The translations under genes were made by a program, and so were the position numbers. Positions 38,861-49,300 of a stretch of DNA of 64,000 nucleotides are shown here, in pieces. The notes beneath the pieces were generated by a model. That model was not told the origin of the DNA and ran no database searches. It saw nothing but the letters and a program-made list of their open reading frames with translations. The stretch's first letter is position 1; every line of letters starts with the position of its first letter. Origin of the DNA: Bdellovibrionales bacterium (GTDB lineage Bacteria; Bdellovibrionota; Bdellovibrionia; Bdellovibrionales; JAGQZY01); the NCBI GenBank assembly GCA_964230645.1, contig CAXRHT010000001.1, forward strand, positions 768,001-832,000. The letters are read 5' to 3'.

Positions 38861-40020
38861 AGCCCAAAAAATCAGTTTTCCAGGAAAAACGCTTATACAC
38901 TCTTCTATTTTTAACCACACTGGCAGGATTATCCCTGGTTCAAATTATTTTCTATATTTTGATGCTTTCAAACAGTACAGTAATTACGAAGACTCTAAGA
39001 GAAAGTTTTGATATTGGTCTCTACGAGTCTGATTTTGACAATGCTTCTATTCTTATGCGAAATCTCGAAAAAGCAGACATTTTAGATTGTGTTTCACTCA
39101 AGATTAAGACAATCGATCAGCTTTTCGTTGTCTACTCCTCTGCTGTCCAGGAAACTTGTAATCCCTCAAGCTTTTTACTCAATGGTGTCAGGGTTGAAGG
39201 TTCTCTTGCTGGCAACACTGGAAACTCATGGATTTATTCCTTTGTAGTTCGAATGGACCAGAATCACGTTCTATTGTTATGGTTTTGCCGTCTTCTGTCT
39301 TGCATTGTTTCATTCGCTTTAACTTATTTTTTTGTTCAGAACAATCTGCATATTAAACAAAAGGAAGATGAAATTTCACTAAACATGAGAGCTATAGCTC
39401 ACGACCTAACATCGCCTATTGGACTCCTTAGAATGCTTTCTAGTCAGCAAAAGTCATTGAATAATGACAAAACCCTTGGCTACATGAAAAATGCTACCGA
39501 AAGGCTTTCAGATATCTCACAAACTATTCTAGATGGAACCCTTGATATTTACTCTTCTTCTAGAGAAACTTTTAATATCAAGAAAATAACTGAAAAGATC
39601 GTTGAAGAGAAGATTAACTTCTTTGGTGATTCGATCAGTGTTGATATCGAAACCTCCGTTGCAAACCACAACTTAAATGTTATCGGGAACAGTCAGAAAT
39701 TTGAAAGAATCTTATCAAATATGATTAACAATTCTTTTGAGGCTCTCTCAGAGAAAGTATCAGTGCTTCAGATGAAAATCGTTTTGAAGTCTGAAAATTC
39801 TAAAATAACTGTTCAAATATCTGATAATGGTTCGGGCATAAGTGATAGCCTTTTGAATCATTTAGGTGAAAAAGTCGTAAAATCAACAAAAAAAGGGGGG
39901 AGTGGCCTTGGGCTCTATCTCGCCAAAAAGGATATCGGCGAATGGGGAGGAGAGTTTAAAATTAAAACTACAAGTCCCACCGGCACAACCTTTGAAATCT
40001 CTCTTCCTAGAAGCGTTTAA
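38857..40020 (+). CDS. Membrane sensor histidine kinase
   Basis: Two TM helices; H-box IAHDLTSP, N-box NMINNS, G1 DNGSGI, G2 GSGLGL. Confidence 0.92.
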   Translation: MKPKKSVFQEKRLYTLLFLTTLAGLSLVQIIFYILMLSNSTVITKTLRESFDIGLYESDFDNASILMRNLEKADILDCVSLKIKTIDQLFVVYSSAVQETCNPSSFLLNGVRVEGSLAGNTGNSWIYSFVVRMDQNHVLLLWFCRLLSCIVSFALTYFFVQNNLHIKQKEDEISLNMRAIAHDLTSPIGLLRMLSSQQKSLNNDKTLGYMKNATERLSDISQTILDGTLDIYSSSRETFNIKKITEKIVEEKINFFGDSISVDIETSVANHNLNVIGNSQKFERILSNMINNSFEALSEKVSVLQMKIVLKSENSKITVQISDNGSGISDSLLNHLGEKVVKSTKKGGSGLGLYLAKKDIGEWGGEFKIKTTSPTGTTFEISLPRSV

Positions 40021-40043
40021 AGAACACATTTACATTTAGGTCG

Positions 40044-40958
40044 CTAGATTGACTTATTCTGTATCTGCTGCAAAAGCGCTCGATAGAAGACGTCGAACAC
40101 GCGGGCTTGATCCGGGGCGCAGTCTTTTTTGGAATAAAATTGCACGTTCATTGGGTATTGGAAATCCACTATAGGTACTGCCGACATTCTTCCCGTGCGC
40201 ACATGCTTTCTAATACTGTGTGCAGGTAGAAAGCCCCAGCCTAGACCTGATTCGATCACACGTTTTATGGTTCCAACATTTGTGGTTTCAAAAACGGGGG
40301 TCGGAGCTTTTTCCCCGTCCATATGTTTAGTCAGTGAGTTTTGAAAGCTAGGGAATTTTTCTGACAAACGCACCACAGGATTTTGGTTAATGTCTTTAAG
40401 CTGAATCTCCGTTGGAACACTAGCGTCTTTACTCGTTCCAACAAGCCACATCTCATCTTTCATCAAAAGTTTTTTGTCGGCATTCTCCAAGGGAACCTGG
40501 TACTCAGCCTGAGCATCGGGAATGATGATCACATCCAATTGATTGTTTTTAAATTGTTCAATCAATGTAACACCATCTTCGTAATTCAACTTAATATTAA
40601 GTTTGGAATTGTGCTTTAAAAATAATCCCACCACCGGACTTATAATATAAAGTCCTAATGAGTTTAGGGTTCCAATTCTTAGGGTCCCTTGAATGGCTTC
40701 ACCGATGGTTTGAATGGCCACCTGCGCTTGCTGATTAAGAGCAATAATCCTTTTCGCATAGTCGTACAGAATTTGGCCTTGAGCTGTCGCTTTGGCCTGC
40801 CTTGAACCTCTGACCAAGAGCTCAACGTTGAGTTCTTCTTCTAAATTTCTGATCTGTTGGCTGACGGCGGGCTGAGTTAAGAATAGTTTTTCAGCAGCGG
40901 CCGTCATGCTGCCCTCACTAAGAACGGTACAAAAAGTGGTCAATTGTTGAAAATTCAT
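40044..40958 (-). CDS. LysR family transcriptional regulator
   Basis: GSMTAAAEKLFLTQPAVSQQIRNLEEEL HTH and a LysR substrate domain. Confidence 0.95.
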   Translation of the reverse strand: MNFQQLTTFCTVLSEGSMTAAAEKLFLTQPAVSQQIRNLEEELNVELLVRGSRQAKATAQGQILYDYAKRIIALNQQAQVAIQTIGEAIQGTLRIGTLNSLGLYIISPVVGLFLKHNSKLNIKLNYEDGVTLIEQFKNNQLDVIIIPDAQAEYQVPLENADKKLLMKDEMWLVGTSKDASVPTEIQLKDINQNPVVRLSEKFPSFQNSLTKHMDGEKAPTPVFETTNVGTIKRVIESGLGWGFLPAHSIRKHVRTGRMSAVPIVDFQYPMNVQFYSKKDCAPDQARVFDVFYRALLQQIQNKSI

Positions 40959-41108
40959 GCTTCACTCTACCAATATTTTCAAAGACTTACAACATTATAA
41001 GTTTTCCTTATGTGAGCCCATAAAAAAGAACACTTGCCTCTTGTCCTAGACCATGGTCTTGTAAGCCTGTCTTTGGGGAGAAAGACAATTAATTCCGGGG
41101 GGGATATC

Positions 41109-42836
41109 TTGAAAGCGTTCTTACTTTCTGCTGTTTTATTCGTTGTTTACCTATCAACTACGGCTTGCTCGCCGTCTCAACAAACTTTCCAAGCACCACA
41201 CAACCAAGAAGAAGCCAGTAAAAATTTCATCGTCAAAGGGGATGCGGCTGATGTGGAAGCCGTGAAAGCAGCTAGTACCCATTTTCGAGTATTAAGTCAA
41301 AAACATGGCCTTTACGAAGTATCAGGACTTGATTACGAAACTATTAAAAACATCGCTCCTGCAGTGAACGCCACTCAAAATGAGTATTTTAATTCACTCA
41401 TTGGACCCAAAAAAGAAGAGGATGCTCTTAAAGTTCTCAAGGCGCAAGGGGCCCCTCTTCCACCGGGGCTTCAGCAAGTGCCACCAGTTCTTCGTGGCTG
41501 CATGATGCAAGATCCTCGTAAACCCACACCACAACTTGAGCTTCTTACTGAAGGCCTTTTTGCCAATGGATCACCCACCATGGATCTTGGCGGAAGCATT
41601 GCTCTTTCTGCCGCTGGAAGTCTTCCTTTTAATCGCGAAAGTGGAGAGCTTGAGCTTCGTTGGGACATTGTGACTCCAGCCAGTTCCCTTTTTAATGAGA
41701 CTTTTCAAGTGGGCGAAGAAGTGGAACTCACACCCGACTCTCTAGGTCTTTACGAAATCTATATGGTGGCTAAAGAGGGATCGGCTTGTGCTGCCACGGT
41801 GGTAAGATTTCTTGTCACTGACAATCCAGAAGTGGAGCTGGCTCGCGAAACCGATCCACGTCCCGAACTTGATCTTGAGCCTTTTATGCACCTAGAGCGT
41901 GTCAAAGCCAGCGAGTCATGGACGAAAGCAACAGGGATGGGAAAAGTCATCGCGGTTCTTGATACTGGTCTTAACTACAATCACCCGGCTATAAAATTCA
42001 ACTTAGCCATTAACTCTGATGAGCTCGAAGCTGACCGTGTCGGTGATGACGATGAAAACGGTTTTGATGATGATCTTGTGGGCTGGGATTTTGTGAATGG
42101 CGACAACAAACCTTTCGATGACGAAGGGCACGGCTCTCACGTGGCTGGCCTTGCTGCTTCTCATATTATTGGACTAGCAAAAGATGCCAAAATTCTTCCA
42201 ATTAAAGTTCTCAATGGTGCTGGTGGCGGTGATACGGGTAGTATCATTGCTGGAATCTACTACGCTGTTGATAATGGAGCTGATGTCATTAACGCTTCCC
42301 TTCAAAGACTCAACACCCAAATTCCTGAATTGAGAGAAGCGATCCGCTACGCTCACGATAACAATGTTGTTTTTGTAAGTTCTGCTGGAAACGACAATCT
42401 CGACCTTAGCCTTCCAGAAAATAGTATTTTTCCAGGCGAGCTCGATATTCCAAACGTAATCAACGTCGCAGCTGTTGGTGCCACAAGTGGCCTCGCTAGC
42501 TATTCAAACTACGGAGTTATGGAAACTGATGTTGCAGCCCCTGGTGGTGACCGCGGGCGTCCCATCTACTCTCTAGCTCCCTTTAATCCAAGAGGCCAAG
42601 AGTTCGTTGGAAGTGGTGGAACCTCTATGGCAGCCCCTATTGTAGCTGGAATTGTGGCTCAAGTGCTTGAAGTGAATCCAAATTTAACTCCTGTGGAAAT
42701 TAAAGTTCTTCTTATGGAAAGCGGTGAAGAAAAGCCCGCTCTTCAAGACTTCGTAGGCTCCGGAAAACTACTCAACGCTCTCGACGCGGTCGAAAGAGCG
42801 GAGTCGTTCAGCCTGCAACTTGTCAACAATATGTAA
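41109..42836 (+). CDS. S8 subtilisin-like serine protease, probable lipoprotein
   Basis: AVLDTG, GHGSHVAG, SAGN, GTSMAAP triad motifs; lipobox TTA-C after a TTG start with G-rich RBS. Confidence 0.93.
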   Translation: MKAFLLSAVLFVVYLSTTACSPSQQTFQAPHNQEEASKNFIVKGDAADVEAVKAASTHFRVLSQKHGLYEVSGLDYETIKNIAPAVNATQNEYFNSLIGPKKEEDALKVLKAQGAPLPPGLQQVPPVLRGCMMQDPRKPTPQLELLTEGLFANGSPTMDLGGSIALSAAGSLPFNRESGELELRWDIVTPASSLFNETFQVGEEVELTPDSLGLYEIYMVAKEGSACAATVVRFLVTDNPEVELARETDPRPELDLEPFMHLERVKASESWTKATGMGKVIAVLDTGLNYNHPAIKFNLAINSDELEADRVGDDDENGFDDDLVGWDFVNGDNKPFDDEGHGSHVAGLAASHIIGLAKDAKILPIKVLNGAGGGDTGSIIAGIYYAVDNGADVINASLQRLNTQIPELREAIRYAHDNNVVFVSSAGNDNLDLSLPENSIFPGELDIPNVINVAAVGATSGLASYSNYGVMETDVAAPGGDRGRPIYSLAPFNPRGQEFVGSGGTSMAAPIVAGIVAQVLEVNPNLTPVEIKVLLMESGEEKPALQDFVGSGKLLNALDAVERAESFSLQLVNNM

Positions 42837-43030
42837 TGGTTATTGGGGGGGAGATGCGAGAACCAAGGAGGGACCTCGCTCTCATTTTGAAACCTAACTA
42901 AAGAAAGCCGACATAAGACGAGTTTGCTTTTTTATCTCAATAAGGCTTATTAAAAATAAGCGACCTTCCTTCCTAGACCTTCTACCTATTAATGATTACC
43001 TCCAAATGGGAACTTTGATAGTCTTACTAT

Positions 43031-43828
43031 ATGTTTAGACAACTTAGAGTACCCACCCTTTATTTCGCCATTTTTATTAGTTTTTTAACTTTTGCTCCCA
43101 TGGATTTTGCCCATGCAAAAAAGTTTCGGAATTCCTATGTCAGCTTTGAACTTCCCAACCGCTGGGACTGTTATTTAGAAAATACGGCCTGGATTTGTCG
43201 ATATGCGATTTCCAAGGCTTGTCTCGGAGCTGGTGCGAAGAAAAAAGAATGTGCGGTACAAAGAAAGAAAACAAAAGAGGCCATTATTATTCTGGCGGCA
43301 AAAGAGGTAGGCCCCAAAGACTCCTTTAAAGAGTACTACACTCACTTAAAAACTCCCCGTCCAATTATCACTAAAGGCGGAAAGCGAAGTGCCTCAAAAA
43401 TTATTCACGTTAAGCCTATCAGTATTGAAAAACATCGTTGGATTGATGGAATGCATTTGGGAAGTGAGATTCCCCACTACTACACAAGGTACCTGGCCAC
43501 ACTCAAGGGTAATATCGCGGTCCTTGTCACCTTCAGTGCCCATAAACTTTTTTACTCAAAATACAGCTCCGAGTTTTTTAGAGCCATCAAGTCTTTAAGA
43601 GTACTTGCTACAAAAGCGAAAACAGTCGACCGAAGGGAACTCACCAAAGGAACTGGCATCCTAGGGGACAACAATATTGGAAGCTACTTAAATGATGCCA
43701 TCGATAATGCCAACGAGGGCTTTGATGGTGACGCCACCTCCGGTATGGGTCTTGACGTTTATTTAATGATTGGAGCTCTTTTATTAGCACTTGCTGGAAT
43801 TGTCGTGTGGCTTAAAGGACGTCGTTAA
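43031..43828 (+). CDS. Exported protein with C-terminal TM anchor (tandem paralog 1)
   Basis: Signal peptide; FRNSYVSFELP.RW.C; C-terminal TM plus basic tail. Confidence 0.8.
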   Translation: MFRQLRVPTLYFAIFISFLTFAPMDFAHAKKFRNSYVSFELPNRWDCYLENTAWICRYAISKACLGAGAKKKECAVQRKKTKEAIIILAAKEVGPKDSFKEYYTHLKTPRPIITKGGKRSASKIIHVKPISIEKHRWIDGMHLGSEIPHYYTRYLATLKGNIAVLVTFSAHKLFYSKYSSEFFRAIKSLRVLATKAKTVDRRELTKGTGILGDNNIGSYLNDAIDNANEGFDGDATSGMGLDVYLMIGALLLALAGIVVWLKGRR

Positions 43829-43831
43829 TAA

Positions 43832-44587
43832 ATGACTAAAAAAGCTCCTCTTATCTTTGCTCTTTTCTTTTGTCTTTATGCTGAAAGCAGCTACGGGCGA
43901 ATGTTTAAGAACTCCTACATTCAGTTTCACCTCCCCGATCGGTGGGACTGTGAAATGCAGGGTAAGGGTTATCTTTGTCGACACAAGATTTCAGCCTCCT
44001 GCCAAGGCAATCCTGAGAGTAAAGTCTGTAAAGAGGAAGTAAAGAAATCAAGGGAAGCCGTCATCGTCTTTACAGCCAAGGAAAAAAGTGAGGTGGATAG
44101 TTTTGAAAATTATTTGAACCACTTCAAAACACCTAAAAAAGTCCAGATAAAACCGGGATCGAGCACCCAGTCTAAACTTATTCACGGCAAAATTGTTGGA
44201 ATCCGAAACTACAAATGGGTCGATACCATGCATCTCAGTAGTGAGCTTCCACACTACTACACTCGTTACTTATCAACCATCAAAGGCAACATCGCCGTCC
44301 TTGTCACTTTCACATCTCATAAGCTTTTTTACACTCAGTACTCCAACACTTTTTTTAAATCGATTAAAAGCCTGAGTGTGACAGCTTCGAATTTAAATAG
44401 CGTGGATAAAAATGAAGTGGGTAACAAAATACTTTCACAACCCATCGACATACCCGATGAATTTTTTACACAGACCGGCCCACAAGAATCCGGAGGCGAT
44501 GGTCTCTCCCCTATCTTATTTGCACTCGCTATGCTGCTTGCCGGTACGGGTGTTTATTTGTGGATAAAGAAACGTAAAAAGTCTTGA
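43832..44587 (+). CDS. Exported protein with C-terminal TM anchor (tandem paralog 2)
   Basis: Shares YYTRYL.T.KGNIAVLVTF..HKLFY with the upstream gene. Confidence 0.8.
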   Translation: MTKKAPLIFALFFCLYAESSYGRMFKNSYIQFHLPDRWDCEMQGKGYLCRHKISASCQGNPESKVCKEEVKKSREAVIVFTAKEKSEVDSFENYLNHFKTPKKVQIKPGSSTQSKLIHGKIVGIRNYKWVDTMHLSSELPHYYTRYLSTIKGNIAVLVTFTSHKLFYTQYSNTFFKSIKSLSVTASNLNSVDKNEVGNKILSQPIDIPDEFFTQTGPQESGGDGLSPILFALAMLLAGTGVYLWIKKRKKS

Positions 44588-44635
44588 ACAAAATCGATAT
44601 TCTTGGGAAGTAAGTGATGTCCCGGGGGGGAGTCC

Positions 44636-45592
44636 ATGAATCGATTAACGTTCATTTTTATATTTCTATTCACATTGCAATCTTTTGCGGCCGTCTACGG
44701 CCCTGACCAAAGAAAAGATATTTCCAAGGTACCAAAGCGCTGGAGACAAGCCGCTTCTGCCGTTGCCGTGGCCTTGCCGACCTTTTACTTTGAAGATCTC
44801 GATAAAGACCACTTCATCCATTCAGAGCATGATCAAAGACCCTATGGGGAAACTGTAGGCCTATGTAAGGGGGAAAAATTCTTTGATCAAAAAAGTTTTG
44901 GTCACTGCACAGCCTTTTTAATTCATCCAAAAATTCTAGTCTCCGCTGGGCACTGTTTTCTACCCACTGGAGAGGTGAAGGACTTTAAACATAGCTACTG
45001 TGAGAACTTTTCTTTTTGGCTTGGCTACAATGATAGTAAAAACCCACTAGACAGCCTTGGATCGAAAGTTCCTAAAAAAGATCTCGTTCATTGCAAAAAG
45101 GTGATCTACGCTACCAACAACGAGCAGACAGAGCCTGAAGATAATCCTGTCGACTTTGCTATTTATGAGCTTGAAAAACCAGTGACTCATATCAAGCCCT
45201 TAAAACTTGCTAAACAAACAGTGAGGCCTGGCACACTTGTGACCACTATAGGTCACCCCCACGGCCTTCCTGCAAAACAGTCAGGATTAGCTCCTGTGCG
45301 CGGTGTATTTGATACCACCATTTCAGCCAATATGGACACTTTGGCTGGAAACTCAGGAGGTCCAGCCTTTAACCATCGCGGGGAAGTGGTTGGAATACTT
45401 ATTAGTGGTCATCAGCACGATACCTATGAACCCAAAGGCCAAAGATGTGACCGAATCAATCGCTGCAATCAAAATGGTTCGCAGTGTAACAGAGGAAGTG
45501 AACTTGAAAATTCGAACCTCCTATTAAGAAGTGAAGTTTGGCTTCCCTATGTTGAGAAATTTTTGAGTCAATCAGGTGAGACTCTACCTTAA
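44636..45592 (+). CDS. Secreted trypsin-like (S1) serine protease
   Basis: SAGHC, VDFA, GNSGGP triad motifs; signal peptide. Confidence 0.92.
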   Translation: MNRLTFIFIFLFTLQSFAAVYGPDQRKDISKVPKRWRQAASAVAVALPTFYFEDLDKDHFIHSEHDQRPYGETVGLCKGEKFFDQKSFGHCTAFLIHPKILVSAGHCFLPTGEVKDFKHSYCENFSFWLGYNDSKNPLDSLGSKVPKKDLVHCKKVIYATNNEQTEPEDNPVDFAIYELEKPVTHIKPLKLAKQTVRPGTLVTTIGHPHGLPAKQSGLAPVRGVFDTTISANMDTLAGNSGGPAFNHRGEVVGILISGHQHDTYEPKGQRCDRINRCNQNGSQCNRGSELENSNLLLRSEVWLPYVEKFLSQSGETLP

Positions 45593-45661
45593 GTACTAAC
45601 AGAAATTTTTTACCTAAAATTTATTTCAGGCACCAAAAAGTTTTAGGTATTTGATTGAAAT

Positions 45662-46183
45662 TTATTGCAAAACAAATCTTGAGAAATAAACGTCTTTAAT
45701 AAAACTTCGATTGAGCTGCTTGTTTAACGCCACTGTGATCTCATCTTTTAAGAAAAGTTTCCCTTGAATGGTCTGAAGCTCTGGGAAACGTTTTCCATTG
45801 AGGATATGAACAATGGTATCACGAGCCTGTGCTCCCATAGAAACCACTTCCTCAAAGCCGTTCTCATCAAGCATTTCTAATGTAACCTTAACTTGTACAA
45901 TTCGGTTGTCGCTTTGGTCAGCGAGGTTCACAGTAAAAGGTTCTAGGGAGTAGATTACGGGCTTATCTTCAAAAATCTCTTCATTAAAAAGATTCTCTCT
46001 AGCCTTCATTTCACGTATTTTTTCAGGAGTGAGACCAATAGTTCCCATGTAGGCAAGATAACCTCCAAGAGCCATCCCGCCAAAGTTTAGAATTAGGAGT
46101 AACTTCGGTAAAAGTGCTTTAATTGCACCTAAAGAAAATTTCTTCTTTTGTTTTTCTGGGGCTTTCTCATCTTTTTCAGCCAC
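45662..46183 (-). CDS. fliL: Flagellar basal body-associated protein FliL
   Basis: Single TM, LEPFTVNLA, RD.I..IL......L....GK..LK.EI...N, VYFS.FV.Q. Confidence 0.9.
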   Translation of the reverse strand: MAEKDEKAPEKQKKKFSLGAIKALLPKLLLILNFGGMALGGYLAYMGTIGLTPEKIREMKARENLFNEEIFEDKPVIYSLEPFTVNLADQSDNRIVQVKVTLEMLDENGFEEVVSMGAQARDTIVHILNGKRFPELQTIQGKLFLKDEITVALNKQLNRSFIKDVYFSRFVLQ

Positions 46184-46222
46184 ACTCGACTCCTCAATTA
46201 ATAAACCATTATCCTTAGTATT

Positions 46223-46249
46223 TTATCGGACTTAGGCACTAAGACTTAA
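46223..46249 (-). promoter_or_regulatory. Sigma-28 (FliA)-like promoter of fliL
   Basis: TTAA-N15-TCCGATAA versus consensus TAAA-N15-GCCGATAA. Confidence 0.65.
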
Positions 46250-46344
46250 GGTAAACCCATTTCTTCGTTTTAAATCGATACACTCTAAAGCTCTAAATTT
46301 ACTATTATAGCAATTTGCTAAATAAATTGACGATTTAACACAAC

Positions 46345-49300
46345 TCACTGAAAACCTTTAATCCAGGAAACATACACATCAGAGCCTATACGTTGAAAAG
46401 TATAGACTGTGCGAGTACCACTTTCTCTTGGGCCGTTCGCCGGCGAGAAAAAGAATGTTAAGCCCGTTTGCGAGAAATCACATTGGCTCGTACCGGTTTC
46501 TGAGACAGCCAGAATATAGGTACCACCATCAAGCATATTGCTAAAAGTTGTGGTGTCACAGTCTACATTCATAGTCTGAGCATTACCATTATCCCAATCC
46601 ACTGTAGCTGTTGTATTGACCTCAGAGGATCCGCTGGAATTGACACTACGAACTTGTCCTGCGACATCGAGTTTACCCACAGGGCTTGTTGTTCCTATTC
46701 CCACTTCACCAGTTGAATTTATAGAGAATGGAATTTGAGGCGCTCCATTATCGTAATTCACAATCGAGACCGCACTATCAATTGAGCCAGCCGTGGCATC
46801 AGTCATTACGAACCTAAAATTTCCTAAAGATTCAACAACCCCTTCTGTGGCTGTTTCGGCTGCAAATTGAAGTTGGTTGCCTGATCCATTGGCTCCCACA
46901 CCACTTGGATTTGTAGTACGAAGTTGTAGGACATTGCTTCCAGCACCGGCTCTTTCGGCAATTACTGCGACCTCTCCATCGGCGTAGACATGTAATTTTT
47001 TATCCGGCGCTGAAGTTCCTATTCCTAAGCGCCCTTGATTATCAAGCCGCATTTGTTCTTCGACCGCAGAATCGTTGGTATACCAACTAAAGTAACCATC
47101 ACCACCCGAGTGGTAAAATTGAAATTCGTTATCTTCACTAGCATTAAGATAACCTAGTTTGACCGTTTCGTTACCATCAGAGCCACGACTGAAATAAGCG
47201 ATTCCCGCATCGCCTCCTGCCGAATCACCAATAGTTAGTTTACCATGAACATCTAAGGCTTCTCTCGGTGCTGTTGTACCAATTCCGACCCGTCCTGAAG
47301 AATCAATTTGTAAGCGTCCTACACCACCTGTCGCTAAGCCCACTGTATCTGCCGCTGACATATAAAGCCCGGTGTCGGTATCAGTTCTGATCGTATATAG
47401 AGGAGTAGAAGCGGAGCTACTACCGTTATATCTTAGATAGGCTCCAGTAACATTTGCTGAATAAAAATCACTTGAGGAAAAGACCCAACGCTGAGTTCCA
47501 TTTGAAGAGTATCGAATAACTCCATCAGCTGAATTGAAAAAACCCGTATCCTCATCTCCATCAAATGTAAGACCTGGAGCACCTGCAGAACCACCTACAG
47601 CCTGTAGAGCTCCTGTCATTGGCACAGATCCATCAGCAAGAAAATCGCCACCACTAGCCCAACCTGTTGATATATCCTTACAGTTAGCGCCAGTTTCATC
47701 GCACAATTGTTGAGCTCTTATATTGCCTGCGACATCAAGTATATCACCGGGGGAAGTGGTACCAATTCCAACATTTCCGGAACCATCAATGACCATTCGT
47801 TGAGTGTTATCATTCCAGAAGGCGATCTCACCGGTACCACTGGCCTCAATATACATTTGACCTGTTTGACTAGGGGCAGAGGCATTTCCATACCCCACCC
47901 AACCGGCATGAGCATTATTGCTCGCCATAAAGTCTATACTAGACCAACCAAAGTTATTGGTGGATTGAATGGTCATAAGATCTGTAGAGTTTGATGTCAC
48001 AATTTCAAAGGCAGACCCTGGAGCACTGGTTCCAATTCCAACATTACCTGAGGTGTAGGAAATATCACCGGCATTATCTGTCCAAAGACTTCCACCTGAA
48101 ATACCATCGGACAGATCAATACAGTTACTATTGTCTTCATCACAAATCTCAGCAGCGTTGATTCTACCTGTGTGAACGTCAAGTTCAACAACGGGGGCAC
48201 TTGTACCAATTCCAACTGCTCCACTGCCACCTCTTATTCTAAAGTATTCTGTGAGAGCTCCTCCCGTACCATCGGCACCACCAGAGATCGTAAAATCACC
48301 ACCTCCACTGGCCGCTAGTTCCACGTCAAAGTTTGCTCCACTTCTGTCAAATCTAAACGTAGGATTGACATCGGATATTGTTAACAGTTGATCAGGATTC
48401 GTTGTGCCTATTCCCACATTACCATTGCTTGTGACCCGCATTCGTTCAGTGTTGTTTGTTGTGAAGCGGACATCTGCTGTGTTGTTCGTTCTAAGTTCAA
48501 CATAGTCATTTGCGGAGAACAGGGTCGCACCGCCAACACCAGAAGAGTTCCCCATACGCAGATAGTTTCCAGAATTTGATCCGTAGAGGAAATCATACAA
48601 GTAGGCGTTACCTTCAAAGTTAATGTTCTGAGTCGAATCAATGTTTATGGCCGTCGTGTTATTAGTTTCAAGATTCAAATCTTGAGCATCGTTGGTTCCC
48701 ACTGTTACCGGAGCACTCAGGGAGTTCCCTCCATTGAGAATATCTCCTCCACCACCGCTGCCACCAGCCTCTACCCAACTTGAGCCGTCGTAATATTTTA
48801 ATTTATTAAAATCAGCACTATCAATAGCTAGATCACCAGCAGCCCCAGTTCCAGGGAGAGCTGCAGGCGTAATTCTCATAGCACCGTCGACGTGAAGCAG
48901 TCGCTCCGGTGCTGTAGTACCAATCCCTAAATACCCAGAGCTCGCTATACGCATTTTCTCACTGGTCGATCCTGCTGATCTTGTAACAAATCTCATGGCG
49001 GTATTGGATGCAGAGCCTTCATTGGCGACGGCAATTTGACCCATTGTATTTCCACTGTATTCAAATTGTAGGAAACGAAAAGAGGACCCTCCTCCACTGG
49101 TATTGTCTATCGTAATTCCATAACCGCCACCGCTCTGCCCTCTAAATTCAGCATTATTTGAGTTGCTGAAATTAAGTCCGTAAGTGGTACTACCTGTTCC
49201 ATTTATATATTGATTCGCTAAATTTATATCACCAGTCATTTGGCCACCGGCTAGAGGTAAAAAGTCTGTACCTCCACTAGCCTCAATCCAGGTCGAACCA

